From a virus (Duplodnaviria > Caudoviricetes): 64,000 nucleotides of DNA. The stretch covers positions 32,001 to 96,000 of IMG/VR virus record IMGVR_UViG_2757320919_000001, one strand, 5' to 3'. The notes under the pieces are model-generated. The model was given only the letters and a program-made list of their open reading frames with translations. It searched no databases and was not told the origin of the DNA. The stretch's first letter is position 1, and the number at the start of each line of letters is the position of its first letter. This document shows, piece after piece, positions 29,663 through 39,864 of the stretch. Position numbers and translations under genes: made by a program.

Positions 29663-30224
29663 TTATTTTAAAATTATTTTTATTAGGATGATTTTTCATA
29701 AACTCAACAGCATCAGTATATACTTTATCTCCGATTTTTAAAGGAAATTTTGCTTCATCTATATAATTTTTGCAAAATAAAGTGCTTATTATATCATTGT
29801 CTTGTAATATGGTAATAGTAACATCGCTTACTTCTGTTACTGTATTACTTAATCTAGAACCTCCTGAATTTGCTTGTACTGTATAAGTAAGTTTAACTTG
29901 AAAATTGAATGTAAAAGTTTGCCCATTTTTTAATATACCCAAATGTCTCCAATTACTACCATCTATTTTCATCAATTGATATTCATATATAGCATTTTTT
30001 GCTGAAGGTTGTTTACTAAGAAGTTCTATATTACCAGTTATTAAACCTGTTTGCTCATTTATGGTTAAATGTAAAGGAATATCACCTAATAATTCCCATT
30101 TTATATAACTTTCAAAATTATTAGGTGGTGTAAATTTTACTTGGTGTTTATAAGTAGATAGTTCAAAAGGTGGATTGTATCCACCTTGTGCTTCATTTCT
30201 TAACTCACCACTTTCAAGCCCCAT
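29652..30224 (-). CDS. virion protein with putative Ig-like domain
   Basis: WELLGDIPLHLTINEQTGLITG (He_PIG-like) motif; tail gene context. Confidence 0.55.
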   Translation of the reverse strand: MGLESGELRNEAQGGYNPPFELSTYKHQVKFTPPNNFESYIKWELLGDIPLHLTINEQTGLITGNIELLSKQPSAKNAIYEYQLMKIDGSNWRHLGILKNGQTFTFNFQVKLTYTVQANSGGSRLSNTVTEVSDVTITILQDNDIISTLFCKNYIDEAKFPLKIGDKVYTDAVEFMKNHPNKNNFKINLV

Positions 30225-30240
30225 TAAATACCTTATATAA

Positions 30241-30783
30241 TTAAGCTATCTTTTCCCAATGTGAGTATGTAAAATCAACTGTAAATTCTTGTATAGAATT
30301 TGTTTTATCTGCTGCCACTTCTATTTCACCGACTTTTGATGGCCATACATTAAAAAACTCATAAGTTGCAACAGGCTCACCATTACAATTAACTTGATGA
30401 ACCTTAGCTGTAACCATTAAACTATATGGATCACAAGTATGATAATTGTTTTTGTACACATCAATTTTATCAATCCATGTTAAAAATTTCGCTCTAATAT
30501 TATGATCAGGTGTTTGATAAAATACTGGGCTCCAAGCTGCATCAAATGTTGAATCACCTGGTAATTTTAATTTCCTACCTTGGACAAATGCTTCAACTTC
30601 TCCAAGAGTTCTTTCTGGGAAACTAGCAGTTTTACATAATATAATATCCTCTTCTGTAAATGCTACTTCTGGAGCACCTAACGGAGTACCTATTTCTATA
30701 AAATATTTATCACTTTTTGCTCCACCTTTAAGAGCATTTGCTAATTTATCAACTGTATATAAAGGCATTTTAATTATCTCCAT
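30241..30783 (-). CDS. 19: tail tube protein gp19
   Basis: CKTASFP, GRKLKLPGD, NVWPSKVGEI, IQEFTVDFTYSHW. Confidence 0.9.
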   Translation of the reverse strand: MEIIKMPLYTVDKLANALKGGAKSDKYFIEIGTPLGAPEVAFTEEDIILCKTASFPERTLGEVEAFVQGRKLKLPGDSTFDAAWSPVFYQTPDHNIRAKFLTWIDKIDVYKNNYHTCDPYSLMVTAKVHQVNCNGEPVATYEFFNVWPSKVGEIEVAADKTNSIQEFTVDFTYSHWEKIA

Positions 30784-30795
30784 TTTTAGTAGTAT

Positions 30796-31374
30796 TTATA
30801 CTCTTTCCCAATATGTATAGGCAAATGTGACTTCTGTTGATGATATTTCTTTTCCAGAAGCACTTAATTCAACTTCAGCTATATCAATAGGGAAAGTATA
30901 ACATAGTTTAAATTTAGTTTCAGTTTTACCATCAGATGATAATTGTGAAACTATTATATCACTCATATAACCAGCACCTACACTATTAAAACCAACATAG
31001 TTACCTAAGAATATTGATTGTGTAATTGTACTATCAAAACTATCAATTCTATAAATCCAATCACTAAATAATTGATGAATATCCATATCAGGTGTATTAT
31101 AAAATGTTATTTTATGTGTATTATTAAATTGTGCTGCACCTCTTATAACAAATGGTTGCCCACGATGATACACTTTTACAGTACTCATAGACTTACCTGG
31201 AATAGATGTTCTATTAGCCATTATACTTAAATATTCACCTGATATATTTACTGTTTTAAAAAACGGTAGAGACCTCAATAGGGTAGGTATTTTTATGTCA
31301 ATTTTATATTTTGAATTGATGGCACCCCCTTGTTTAAGGGAGCTTCTTAGTCTATCAATATTATATAAAGACAT
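30796..31374 (-). CDS. tail tube protein paralog (gp19-like)
   Basis: TSIPGK, RGQPFVIRG, TFPIDIAEVEL, EVTFAYTYW. Confidence 0.8.
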   Translation of the reverse strand: MSLYNIDRLRSSLKQGGAINSKYKIDIKIPTLLRSLPFFKTVNISGEYLSIMANRTSIPGKSMSTVKVYHRGQPFVIRGAAQFNNTHKITFYNTPDMDIHQLFSDWIYRIDSFDSTITQSIFLGNYVGFNSVGAGYMSDIIVSQLSSDGKTETKFKLCYTFPIDIAEVELSASGKEISSTEVTFAYTYWERV

Positions 31375-31375
31375 A

Positions 31376-31936
31376 TTAGAATATTAATGTCCAAGTAATT
31401 CTTAATATAGATGAAACATCTTTACTTCTAACAGCAAAGGTTCTCATACAAAATAAATCATTACCTGCATATAAACCTGCTTCTGTATAACCAACAGCAC
31501 CTGATGTTCCATTACCAGCTGTTGTTGAAAGCTCTATTCTATATGTAATTGTATTATTACTATTAGTAACTTCAACTGTTGATCCAGCACCTACATCATC
31601 TTCTGTAACAACAGCTTGTCCATCAGATTGTGGTGGTGTAAAATTAACATGATAACAAAACTCACCTTCTTCTTCAGCAAATAATTGAGTTCTAGCAGCT
31701 GTAAAGCCTTCATTAGCTGTTTTTGGCATCATAAGATTATTACCAATATGTCCTCTAGTTCCTAAAACAAGTTTATTTACTGGAGTTGTACTTCTACCAG
31801 CCATGTGTGAAGCTAGAACAGGTCTTGATCCATTTACAACTAAGTTATGTTTTTCAAAGGTATCTATAACATTTCTATCTTTATCTAATAATTCAATTTT
31901 AAAATATCCTTTTGGTGGATTAATTGATTCTACCAT
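31376..31936 (-). CDS. baseplate/tail-fibre attachment protein
   Basis: NLVVNG, GYTEAGLY, RTF..RSKD...LRITWTLIF motifs; baseplate context. Confidence 0.6.
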   Translation of the reverse strand: MVESINPPKGYFKIELLDKDRNVIDTFEKHNLVVNGSRPVLASHMAGRSTTPVNKLVLGTRGHIGNNLMMPKTANEGFTAARTQLFAEEEGEFCYHVNFTPPQSDGQAVVTEDDVGAGSTVEVTNSNNTITYRIELSTTAGNGTSGAVGYTEAGLYAGNDLFCMRTFAVRSKDVSSILRITWTLIF

Positions 31937-33476
31937 TATTTTTCCTTATTTTTAAAATATTTATATCAAAAGCGTCATCTAATATAACACCATTATCAAT
32001 ATATTCTGCTCCTATATTTATATTACCTACTTTAAACGAACCAACTGTTATTTTTATATCATCATTAACAACTTTTTCATCAAAGTTATCCAGTATAGTT
32101 GTATAAAAATTAGTTTTAAGATTTTTTGCAACAGTTTCAGAATATTCTGTTGGGATCATCTCTCTTTCAATACTAAATGAATCATCAAGGATAACACCAC
32201 CTTCTGGGTTTTCAGATTGTGATCCAACTTTAAAAGATCCCACTATTATTTTATTTCCAACGGTATTACTAATACCTTTTTCATTTATAACATTATCTGT
32301 AAAATTATTAGTTGAGTATAAATCTATATCATCATGTATATGTTCAAATAAACCTCTATTTATAGCATTTGTAAGAAATAATGGCATTTTATCTGGAGTA
32401 TATTTGATAGGATCATCAGGTAATGTGTAAATAGTGTTATCATCAATTTTACCAATTACAAGAGATGAATAATATTTATCAGCTACTCTAAATTTATTTA
32501 CAATGGCTTCACCTATAATAGGCGTATCAAAACTGTTTAATCTATTCCATACACAATCATATACTATAAGGTTGTTTTCGGAATTATCGAATTCATCTTT
32601 TAATCTAAATTTTAGAGAAATATCATAATCTAATTTTAATATGTATGTATTATTCCAGTTTTCTATTACGCTACCATCTTTTTCATTATATGTTATAGAA
32701 CCATTAAAATCTTTTATTAATTGTTTCCCATCATTAAATGTTATAACTATTCTTTCTTGGTTTTGTATATTTTTAGAGGTATAGATATCTTCTACTTTAT
32801 CTTTATCAAACTCTTTTCTATAGTTTGTTGAAACAATTTCTAATGTTTTTACATTGAAGTTAATTAAATCATCTATATATTCTATAAATTCTAAAACAAG
32901 ACTTATAACATAGTTATAACCAAAACCAACTGGATGTGCTATTGATTTAACACTACCTTCATATAATATAGGATCTAGTAGGCCTTCTATTCTTATAAAA
33001 AACGGCTCATCAGGGTTATCTTCTGTACCCCATTTTAAATTAAAACCACTTGAACCATTTACATCTAAACCAGGTTGAAGTCCTGATGTAAATATAATAT
33101 TATAAGCATATTCTATTGCTACATCAAGACCTTTTTTTTCTTTAAAACTTGTAAAATTAACAAAATAATCTTTTAATAATTTTTTATAAAATTCTTTTAT
33201 ATCAAATGGTTGGTAATTATCAGTTGTACCTATTTTTTCTTTCATTCTCTGAATTACAACTGGATTTGTCAATGCTTTTTGCATACCATAATATAATGAT
33301 TCTGCATATATTTTAACAATGTTTTCTGTTATGTTATCATTAGGTCTTTTAAATATGTTATATATATCTAATGAATATGGATTTAACTCATCTAAAACTT
33401 CATATAGGGCTTCCACACTATCTTTATGCAGTTTATTTTCATTATAAATGTTGGGCAAATCAACACGATCTATCAT
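31920..33476 (-). CDS. baseplate wedge protein (gp7-like)
   Basis: KKGL..AIEY and IAHPVGF motifs; follows gp6. Confidence 0.6.
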   Translation of the reverse strand: MIDRVDLPNIYNENKLHKDSVEALYEVLDELNPYSLDIYNIFKRPNDNITENIVKIYAESLYYGMQKALTNPVVIQRMKEKIGTTDNYQPFDIKEFYKKLLKDYFVNFTSFKEKKGLDVAIEYAYNIIFTSGLQPGLDVNGSSGFNLKWGTEDNPDEPFFIRIEGLLDPILYEGSVKSIAHPVGFGYNYVISLVLEFIEYIDDLINFNVKTLEIVSTNYRKEFDKDKVEDIYTSKNIQNQERIVITFNDGKQLIKDFNGSITYNEKDGSVIENWNNTYILKLDYDISLKFRLKDEFDNSENNLIVYDCVWNRLNSFDTPIIGEAIVNKFRVADKYYSSLVIGKIDDNTIYTLPDDPIKYTPDKMPLFLTNAINRGLFEHIHDDIDLYSTNNFTDNVINEKGISNTVGNKIIVGSFKVGSQSENPEGGVILDDSFSIEREMIPTEYSETVAKNLKTNFYTTILDNFDEKVVNDDIKITVGSFKVGNINIGAEYIDNGVILDDAFDINILKIRKNNGRIN

Positions 33477-35566
33477 ATAACATCACTTTCACTTACAAAT
33501 TTTACTGAAGATAATCTAGCTATTGTATTTTTATAAAATGATAGGTTATCATCAGAATATTTTACCCTTATATATTTTGGAGTTACATTATCAAGACTGC
33601 TTAAAACTATACTATCTGTTATTTCTATAACTATAAACCTTCTTCTATTATCATATATTATTTTATAAGTTCCTATTATTGTTCCATTTGCAAATATATT
33701 GAAACTTATATTAGTATTCTTTATAATTAATCCATCTGAAGTGACAACATTTTTACCATTGAAAACTGCTGATTGACCATTTCCTACATCAAAAGTACCT
33801 ATTATAGCATTAGAACTTCCTATGACTGTAAATCCTTTTATAGGATTTTTAAAATCCACTTCTAATTTTCCACCAAAGTCATCCGAACTTATTTGTGGCA
33901 GTAAGTTAACATGTAATTCATTTTGATCATCCTGTGTTTTAGTTATTATTTGCTCAAAAGGTATAGCCAGATAAATATATAAAATATCTTTGTTTGGTTC
34001 TTTATTTCTTAAATACAAAGGTATATTCATACTAACATCTACTTGTATACCTGATAAATCATATAATTCTGTTCCTAACCTTTTTATAACACTTGAATGA
34101 AAATAAGAAGATTCAAAACTTTCTATATCTGATTTAAAATAATCTTTTAAAATATTAAATAGTTTATCCTGTGTTTCATTTTTCGAAACTACAATATTTT
34201 GTTTGATTATCCTTATTTCATAATCAAAATCCATATATATAGGATATCTATTATGTAATTCCATAGTCATTATTTTATAAGAATCTAACTCATCAAATAT
34301 ACCTTTATTTACTAAATATCCATTTTTATCTAATGTATTAGATCTTAACTCACTTTGTTTTAAGTAATATGAATCATTTTTGTTTACTAATGAATATGTT
34401 TGTGTTGTTTCATCTAATGAAAAATCTTGATTACGGTATTCAGGGATAAATGAAAACCAAATATGTCCTAGTTGTACAACTTGCTCTTCATCCCCACCCC
34501 ACACTTGGGTTTGATATATATTTGTATATCTATTACAGATTGCAATATAATCTCTTACTGTAACTGCCCTGTTTGCTGAATTATGAAATATAGGAGCATT
34601 TTCTTTTATTGAACTATTGGTTTCTTCATCAGTGCCAACTATTTTTGTTTCAAATTTATCAATTTCCATGAGATTAAAAGGATATGTATTTTGTGAAAAT
34701 GCAAAATTGTCCCCACATTTACCACTACTTCCTTTAGATTCTAAATATGTAACTTTTACGGTACTTCCTGGTAATAAATTTGTACCTATACCTGATATTG
34801 AAAAATAGATATCAACACCACTATAATCTATGTTATTTAAAACAAAATATTTTTTATTTGTATCACTATCTGCATCTATCATAAATTGATCTGACTTTTC
34901 CCAATACTCATCAACTTTACTATCTCCAGTTTCGATATCAATATAAGTTACAAAAACCTCAAGCCCATTTTCTTCTATGTTGTCCTGATATAATGATATT
35001 TTATTTGAAGATTTTATACTTCTATTTTGTTCAATAGCTTTAATAGTAAAAACTTGTGTGTCTTTATTTTTGTCCCATTTATGTAAAATTCCTTCCTTTA
35101 CATCTATTTTTATAGTAGATGCTTTTCCAGTGGTTATATCTTTGTTAGATAACTCAACTTCAATATCACTACCCATATAATAGTAGGTATTTGAACCACT
35201 GTTAAACATTGTATATTTGGGTATTGAATAAATTCTTTTATCTTCGTTATCATCATCTTTTGTATCATCTTTCAAAGGTTTTATTTCCAAAGAATAAACA
35301 TAAGATACTTTTCTTGATGCTTCATATCCTAATTGTCTAGCACCCATAAGTATATTTTTCCTATATTGAGCAGTTGATAATAGCATTTCACCTGCTTGAA
35401 AAGAGGTATTTACATTTATACTATAAGCTAAATAAGATAATATATCTGCTAATAGGTTTGCATTTGAACTTTTTACATCAGCATTATATCCTTTATTTTT
35501 AAGTAATTTTATTACTTCATCTTTTATATCATCATAATTATATGGAATTAAAATATTATCCGCCAT
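33473..35566 (-). CDS. 6: baseplate wedge subunit gp6
   Basis: LLADILSY, LSTAQYRKNI..ARQLGY, ESKGSSG, NRAVTVRDY, VWGGDE. Confidence 0.92.
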   Translation of the reverse strand: MADNILIPYNYDDIKDEVIKLLKNKGYNADVKSSNANLLADILSYLAYSINVNTSFQAGEMLLSTAQYRKNILMGARQLGYEASRKVSYVYSLEIKPLKDDTKDDDNEDKRIYSIPKYTMFNSGSNTYYYMGSDIEVELSNKDITTGKASTIKIDVKEGILHKWDKNKDTQVFTIKAIEQNRSIKSSNKISLYQDNIEENGLEVFVTYIDIETGDSKVDEYWEKSDQFMIDADSDTNKKYFVLNNIDYSGVDIYFSISGIGTNLLPGSTVKVTYLESKGSSGKCGDNFAFSQNTYPFNLMEIDKFETKIVGTDEETNSSIKENAPIFHNSANRAVTVRDYIAICNRYTNIYQTQVWGGDEEQVVQLGHIWFSFIPEYRNQDFSLDETTQTYSLVNKNDSYYLKQSELRSNTLDKNGYLVNKGIFDELDSYKIMTMELHNRYPIYMDFDYEIRIIKQNIVVSKNETQDKLFNILKDYFKSDIESFESSYFHSSVIKRLGTELYDLSGIQVDVSMNIPLYLRNKEPNKDILYIYLAIPFEQIITKTQDDQNELHVNLLPQISSDDFGGKLEVDFKNPIKGFTVIGSSNAIIGTFDVGNGQSAVFNGKNVVTSDGLIIKNTNISFNIFANGTIIGTYKIIYDNRRRFIVIEITDSIVLSSLDNVTPKYIRVKYSDDNLSFYKNTIARLSSVKFVSESDVI

Positions 35567-35913
35567 TATCCAACCTTTATACTAGCTGTATCTGATATAG
35601 TTGTATCTCTAACTCTATATTTTATTTCAATATATACACTATTATCAGCGTCTCCTTTTGAAATATTTATATTATCAACTATAATACGATAATCAAATTT
35701 TTGAATTGATGTTTTTAAAGATGTCTTATAAGCATCTAATGCAACTGAGCTATATTGATCAAATAATAGCTGAGCATTATTTGAAAATTCTGGAAATCCA
35801 GCTATATCCCCAATAGTAGTGCTTACAATATTTTTTAATGACACATAAAAAGTATCAACATTTATTATATCTTTTTCAATGTTTTTTGGATTTATATCTT
35901 TGTATTGTATCAC
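35566..35913 (-). CDS. 25: baseplate wedge subunit gp25
   Basis: YKDI, SLKNIVST..G....PEF, IQKFDYRI; GTG start. Confidence 0.85.
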   Translation of the reverse strand: MIQYKDINPKNIEKDIINVDTFYVSLKNIVSTTIGDIAGFPEFSNNAQLLFDQYSSVALDAYKTSLKTSIQKFDYRIIVDNINISKGDADNSVYIEIKYRVRDTTISDTASIKVG

Positions 35914-35943
35914 TATAAATAACCTTTTAAGGTTATTTATAGT
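35912..35943 (-). promoter_or_regulatory. late promoter TATAAATA in a hairpin that sequesters the gene 25 SD/start
   Basis: ACTATAAATAACCTT-AA-AAGGTTATTTATAGT(G). Confidence 0.75.
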
Positions 35944-35944
35944 A

Positions 35945-36655
35945 TTATTTTACAACTTTGGATGGGATCAGGATTATAAGTGCATCATTATTTTTTGGGA
36001 TTAATTTAAGCAAATATGTATCTTGCCTTGATGAATGTTTATGTACCGATACAATATAATCTGTTGTTGGTATTCTTTTTAAGTTTTTAATACTTATGAA
36101 AATATTTGCCTTTGAATTTATTACATTTGGTGTTACATTTAATGAAAATTCATTACCATTTATACCTTGTTCAGAAGTAGAAACAGTAATAATATCGTCA
36201 ATATTTAATACCATGTCATCAAATCCTAATAATGTAGCAGCTTTCTTAATTTTATCCGAAACTGTCATATCTAATTCAAAAGAAGATACTAACTCAGCAT
36301 TATTAACATTTTCAAGTATTGTTGGTTTTACACCACAAGCATTAGATAATGCTTCAACATTTGTAGTAAGATATTTACAACTCATCCCATCTTTTGAAAT
36401 ATAAATAATATTTTTATCATCCATTGTTATGTTTGCATCTTCACCAATTATTTTTAATAAATCCATAAATTCTTTAATTTTTAGAATACCAAAATCTTTA
36501 GGAAATGGTTTATTTTCAAGTTTTTCCAAGTCAATAAAAGCAATGATACTACCAGCACTGTCTTTTATACCTGTTAATTTTGATGAAAATATAATTGATT
36601 CATTAATTAGCTGTAATGAATTTACTAGCGCAATAGTTTTACTATTAAGTAACAT
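35945..36655 (-). CDS. 45: sliding clamp gp45
   Basis: LNSKTIAL..L..IN.SIIF, DFGILKIKEFM, KNLKRIP..DY.V pattern. Confidence 0.85.
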   Translation of the reverse strand: MLLNSKTIALVNSLQLINESIIFSSKLTGIKDSAGSIIAFIDLEKLENKPFPKDFGILKIKEFMDLLKIIGEDANITMDDKNIIYISKDGMSCKYLTTNVEALSNACGVKPTILENVNNAELVSSFELDMTVSDKIKKAATLLGFDDMVLNIDDIITVSTSEQGINGNEFSLNVTPNVINSKANIFISIKNLKRIPTTDYIVSVHKHSSRQDTYLLKLIPKNNDALIILIPSKVVK

Positions 36656-36701
36656 TATATTCCTTTCTTATAAAGTAAAGTGGTATAATACCACTTTAAG
36701 A

Positions 36702-37685
36702 TTAATTTAAATAACTTCTTTGATTAAGATGCATTACATTGCAGCTTAATGAAGCACCACTAACATAATAGCCTGATATATTTTGAACTACTAACTGTAA
36801 TCCTAACTCAGAACAGATTTCATCCATAAACTCAATTTTATCTTTTTCCATTTCATATAGATCTTTATCAGATTTTTTATTCAACTCTGAAATATCAGAT
36901 GGCGTGATAACTATACCACCAGGTAATAATACACTATTTGTAGTTCCTGCTAATGCAAAATCATATTGATCTGGGTCATCATGACTATCAACACCTAATG
37001 GAATTACCTCAACATGTTTTTCAAGTTCTTTAATAATATCTTTATCAAGATTATATGTATTAACCAAGCATGCCTCTGTATCTGGTCCTAATGGGAATAC
37101 ATTACAATCTAGATGATATAAATATTCATCAATACTAGGGAATTTTATAATTTCACAGTTGAATGTTTTTGCAATCCAATCTAAAGCTGCACCGTTAGTT
37201 CTATTACCATCAGCACCTACATACACATTACCATATAGCCATTTTAAGTCTGCTTCACCTTCAAAATACATAGGTTCACCTTTTTCATTAACATCAGGCA
37301 TAATAATAGGGTCAAATCCAAGTTTTTTAAAGTACTCATAACCTACTTTTGTTTCACCTTTGCGTGGTTCTGACTTAAAATTACTAACTAATATTCTACG
37401 ATCTTCATTTGGATTTAAATGTGGGAAAATCATACCTAAATTAGCAACATAAGCCAAATCCTGTAAACCTTTTTCAGCTGGTATTGTATAAATTGATGCT
37501 ACCGAGCTAATTGTTTTTTGTAACTCAAAAAATTGTTTTTCAATTTTTTTAATATTTGGTGTAAATTTACCATCTTTTTTTAAATCTTCCATCCATTTGT
37601 TATTTGGTGTTGAATCAATTATACCATATGGTGCAGCCATTAAAACTGATGGGATACTACTGTTTCCTACAAAGTTCTGTAACAT
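36702..37685 (-). CDS. amidinotransferase / arginine-deiminase superfamily enzyme
   Basis: GLQDLAYVAN, FEGEAD, YHLDC, C-terminal SGASLSC with catalytic Cys. Confidence 0.85.
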   Translation of the reverse strand: MLQNFVGNSSIPSVLMAAPYGIIDSTPNNKWMEDLKKDGKFTPNIKKIEKQFFELQKTISSVASIYTIPAEKGLQDLAYVANLGMIFPHLNPNEDRRILVSNFKSEPRKGETKVGYEYFKKLGFDPIIMPDVNEKGEPMYFEGEADLKWLYGNVYVGADGNRTNGAALDWIAKTFNCEIIKFPSIDEYLYHLDCNVFPLGPDTEACLVNTYNLDKDIIKELEKHVEVIPLGVDSHDDPDQYDFALAGTTNSVLLPGGIVITPSDISELNKKSDKDLYEMEKDKIEFMDEICSELGLQLVVQNISGYYVSGASLSCNVMHLNQRSYLN

Positions 37686-37765
37686 TTTTACTCCTTTAGT
37701 AATTTTATTTTATATTTACAAAAATTAATATAATGCAATTATACTATATTATGCTTAATTCCTCC

Positions 37766-39007
37766 TTAATCTGGTTGATCTATATCAAAAAATCTTGATT
37801 GTTTAAAGTTTATACCAACATACTTTTGAGATAAATTACCACTATTTCTATTTTTAGTAAATGATATAATGGCCTGACCTAATTCATCTAATTCTGGTGA
37901 TCTATGCAGCATTGCAATAGTATCAGCTGTTTGAGCTATACCTAATGATTCTGCTATGGTGCTAGTATCAGCATTTGAATTATTATAAGCATTTCTATTA
38001 AGTTGTGCTGCACTTAAAACACATTTTTTACTTTCTTTAGCATAAGCATGTAGTTCTTCTGCAATTTTTTTATAATAAGAATATAAACCTACACTAGGCT
38101 GTAAAGCATACGAAGCCATAAGTGCTAAATAATCTATTATTATACAATTTAAATTTATTTCTAAAGATGACTCTACTTTTTGAACTAATGATTTTAATTG
38201 TAAAACATCAAAACTACCAGCACCATATTCTTTTACAACACATCTTCCTAAGTTTGGTAATTTTTCATAACCTTCTGAAACATTATAGTTCCTTAGTTCA
38301 CTAATATCAATATTAAAAATATTACTTTCTATTCTATCCCAAATTTTTATTGAAGGCATTTCTAATGTTATATAAAGGCAGTTATATCCTTTTAACATAG
38401 CATTTGCACAAAAATGAGATAAAAACATTGATTTACCACCATGTGTAACAGAACATATGAAATTAAGTGTGCTAGGCATATAACCACCTGCTAAAACTTC
38501 ATCTAGTACTTCAACACCTGTTGAAATACCAATTTTTGTTTCTCTTCTTAATATATCCCTTTCTTGTGCATCAATATCTTTCATACCTATGTCAGTATCC
38601 ATTGTAAATGATATAGCTTGCCCTAACCTTTCATATATCTTGCCAATGTCCTTTTTTTCTTGTATAAGTTTTGCACCTTGTATAATACAAGATCTCATTT
38701 CAGCTTGTTTTATAAATTCTGCTGTTTCATTATTAAGAAACTCTGGAGATACATTTTGTTTATCTAACATAATTTCTTTAAATCTGTTTATACAGTTTTC
38801 TTGTTGCTCATCTTTAAAGTTATCTTTTAACTTTAAAGCTACTTCTTTAGGTGTAGGTTTTTTATTATACTCTTTTACAAGTTTTTGTATTGTTTTGTAA
38901 ATATCAGAATCTACGCCAATAAAATGTTCAGGTTTTAAAATTGAATATACTTTATCAAAATATATTTCATCATTAATAAGACTTTTTAAAATTAATCCAC
39001 TAATCAT
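37766..39007 (-). CDS. 41: replicative helicase gp41 (DnaB-like)
   Basis: THGGKS, LYITLEM, IIIDYL, SAAQLNR, IAESLGI..TAD, KNR. Confidence 0.95.
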   Translation of the reverse strand: MISGLILKSLINDEIYFDKVYSILKPEHFIGVDSDIYKTIQKLVKEYNKKPTPKEVALKLKDNFKDEQQENCINRFKEIMLDKQNVSPEFLNNETAEFIKQAEMRSCIIQGAKLIQEKKDIGKIYERLGQAISFTMDTDIGMKDIDAQERDILRRETKIGISTGVEVLDEVLAGGYMPSTLNFICSVTHGGKSMFLSHFCANAMLKGYNCLYITLEMPSIKIWDRIESNIFNIDISELRNYNVSEGYEKLPNLGRCVVKEYGAGSFDVLQLKSLVQKVESSLEINLNCIIIDYLALMASYALQPSVGLYSYYKKIAEELHAYAKESKKCVLSAAQLNRNAYNNSNADTSTIAESLGIAQTADTIAMLHRSPELDELGQAIISFTKNRNSGNLSQKYVGINFKQSRFFDIDQPD

Positions 39008-39729
39008 TATAATCCTAACATTAATTTTACTATCTGTTGTTTATTATCAATATCATTTAATATAATACAATTTTCTGTTTTAATAATATCAATTTTTAAA
39101 TGAGATATTCTATCATAAATTATCTTAAGATCACCTGAAAATATTATTAACTTACCTAAATCGTCATCTAGTATATATATCTTATACTGTGATGTTACCA
39201 TTTTATACACAAAGGAATTGTAATTACCTTTCATTATGTAAGTGTCATTTATTATTTTTTCTTTAATAATATTTTGCTGTAAAGAGTATTCCAATGATAT
39301 AAAATTATTCTTAACAATATTATAAATGTTATTTTCTTCTGTATTATTTTTAAGCAAATCAACTAATGCTGGCAGTTTATTTTTCTTAAAATATAAATCT
39401 AAATAATATCCAAATAAAAAATCCCTTTGATTATTTTTATCCCATTTATAATATGATTTTAATGGGTTTTGTAAATATTTTGGTATGTTTTCAAAATTTA
39501 TTTCAAGATTTACTATATTCTTTGGTAAATTGATAGAATCAGTATTAAATCCTATTATTTCAAATTTATATGAATCATCTTTAATATATTCATTAAGCTG
39601 ATTATAACCACATATTTTAACCTCTTGCATATTAAAATCATTTCTATATAAGCTTATTATAACTGGTACTACATTATAATTACATACTATCATAATATTT
39701 CCTTTATAATTTCTATGATAGTATATCAT
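39007..39729 (-). CDS. hypothetical protein (start probably at MIVCNY)
   Basis: ORF with AAAGGA SD before an internal Met; a promoter-like motif overlaps the annotated start. Confidence 0.7.
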   Translation of the reverse strand: MIYYHRNYKGNIMIVCNYNVVPVIISLYRNDFNMQEVKICGYNQLNEYIKDDSYKFEIIGFNTDSINLPKNIVNLEINFENIPKYLQNPLKSYYKWDKNNQRDFLFGYYLDLYFKKNKLPALVDLLKNNTEENNIYNIVKNNFISLEYSLQQNIIKEKIINDTYIMKGNYNSFVYKMVTSQYKIYILDDDLGKLIIFSGDLKIIYDRISHLKIDIIKTENCIILNDIDNKQQIVKLMLGL

Positions 39730-39864
39730 AGAAATTCTTAAGGTTTACTTATATAAATGATGTTCCAAATAGTAGCTCTTATTTCCATCTTTATTTAAAA
39801 TATCTTTTCACCTTTAGTGTTATCTATATTATTTTGGCTCTATCATTAATATAATCCTATGCAT

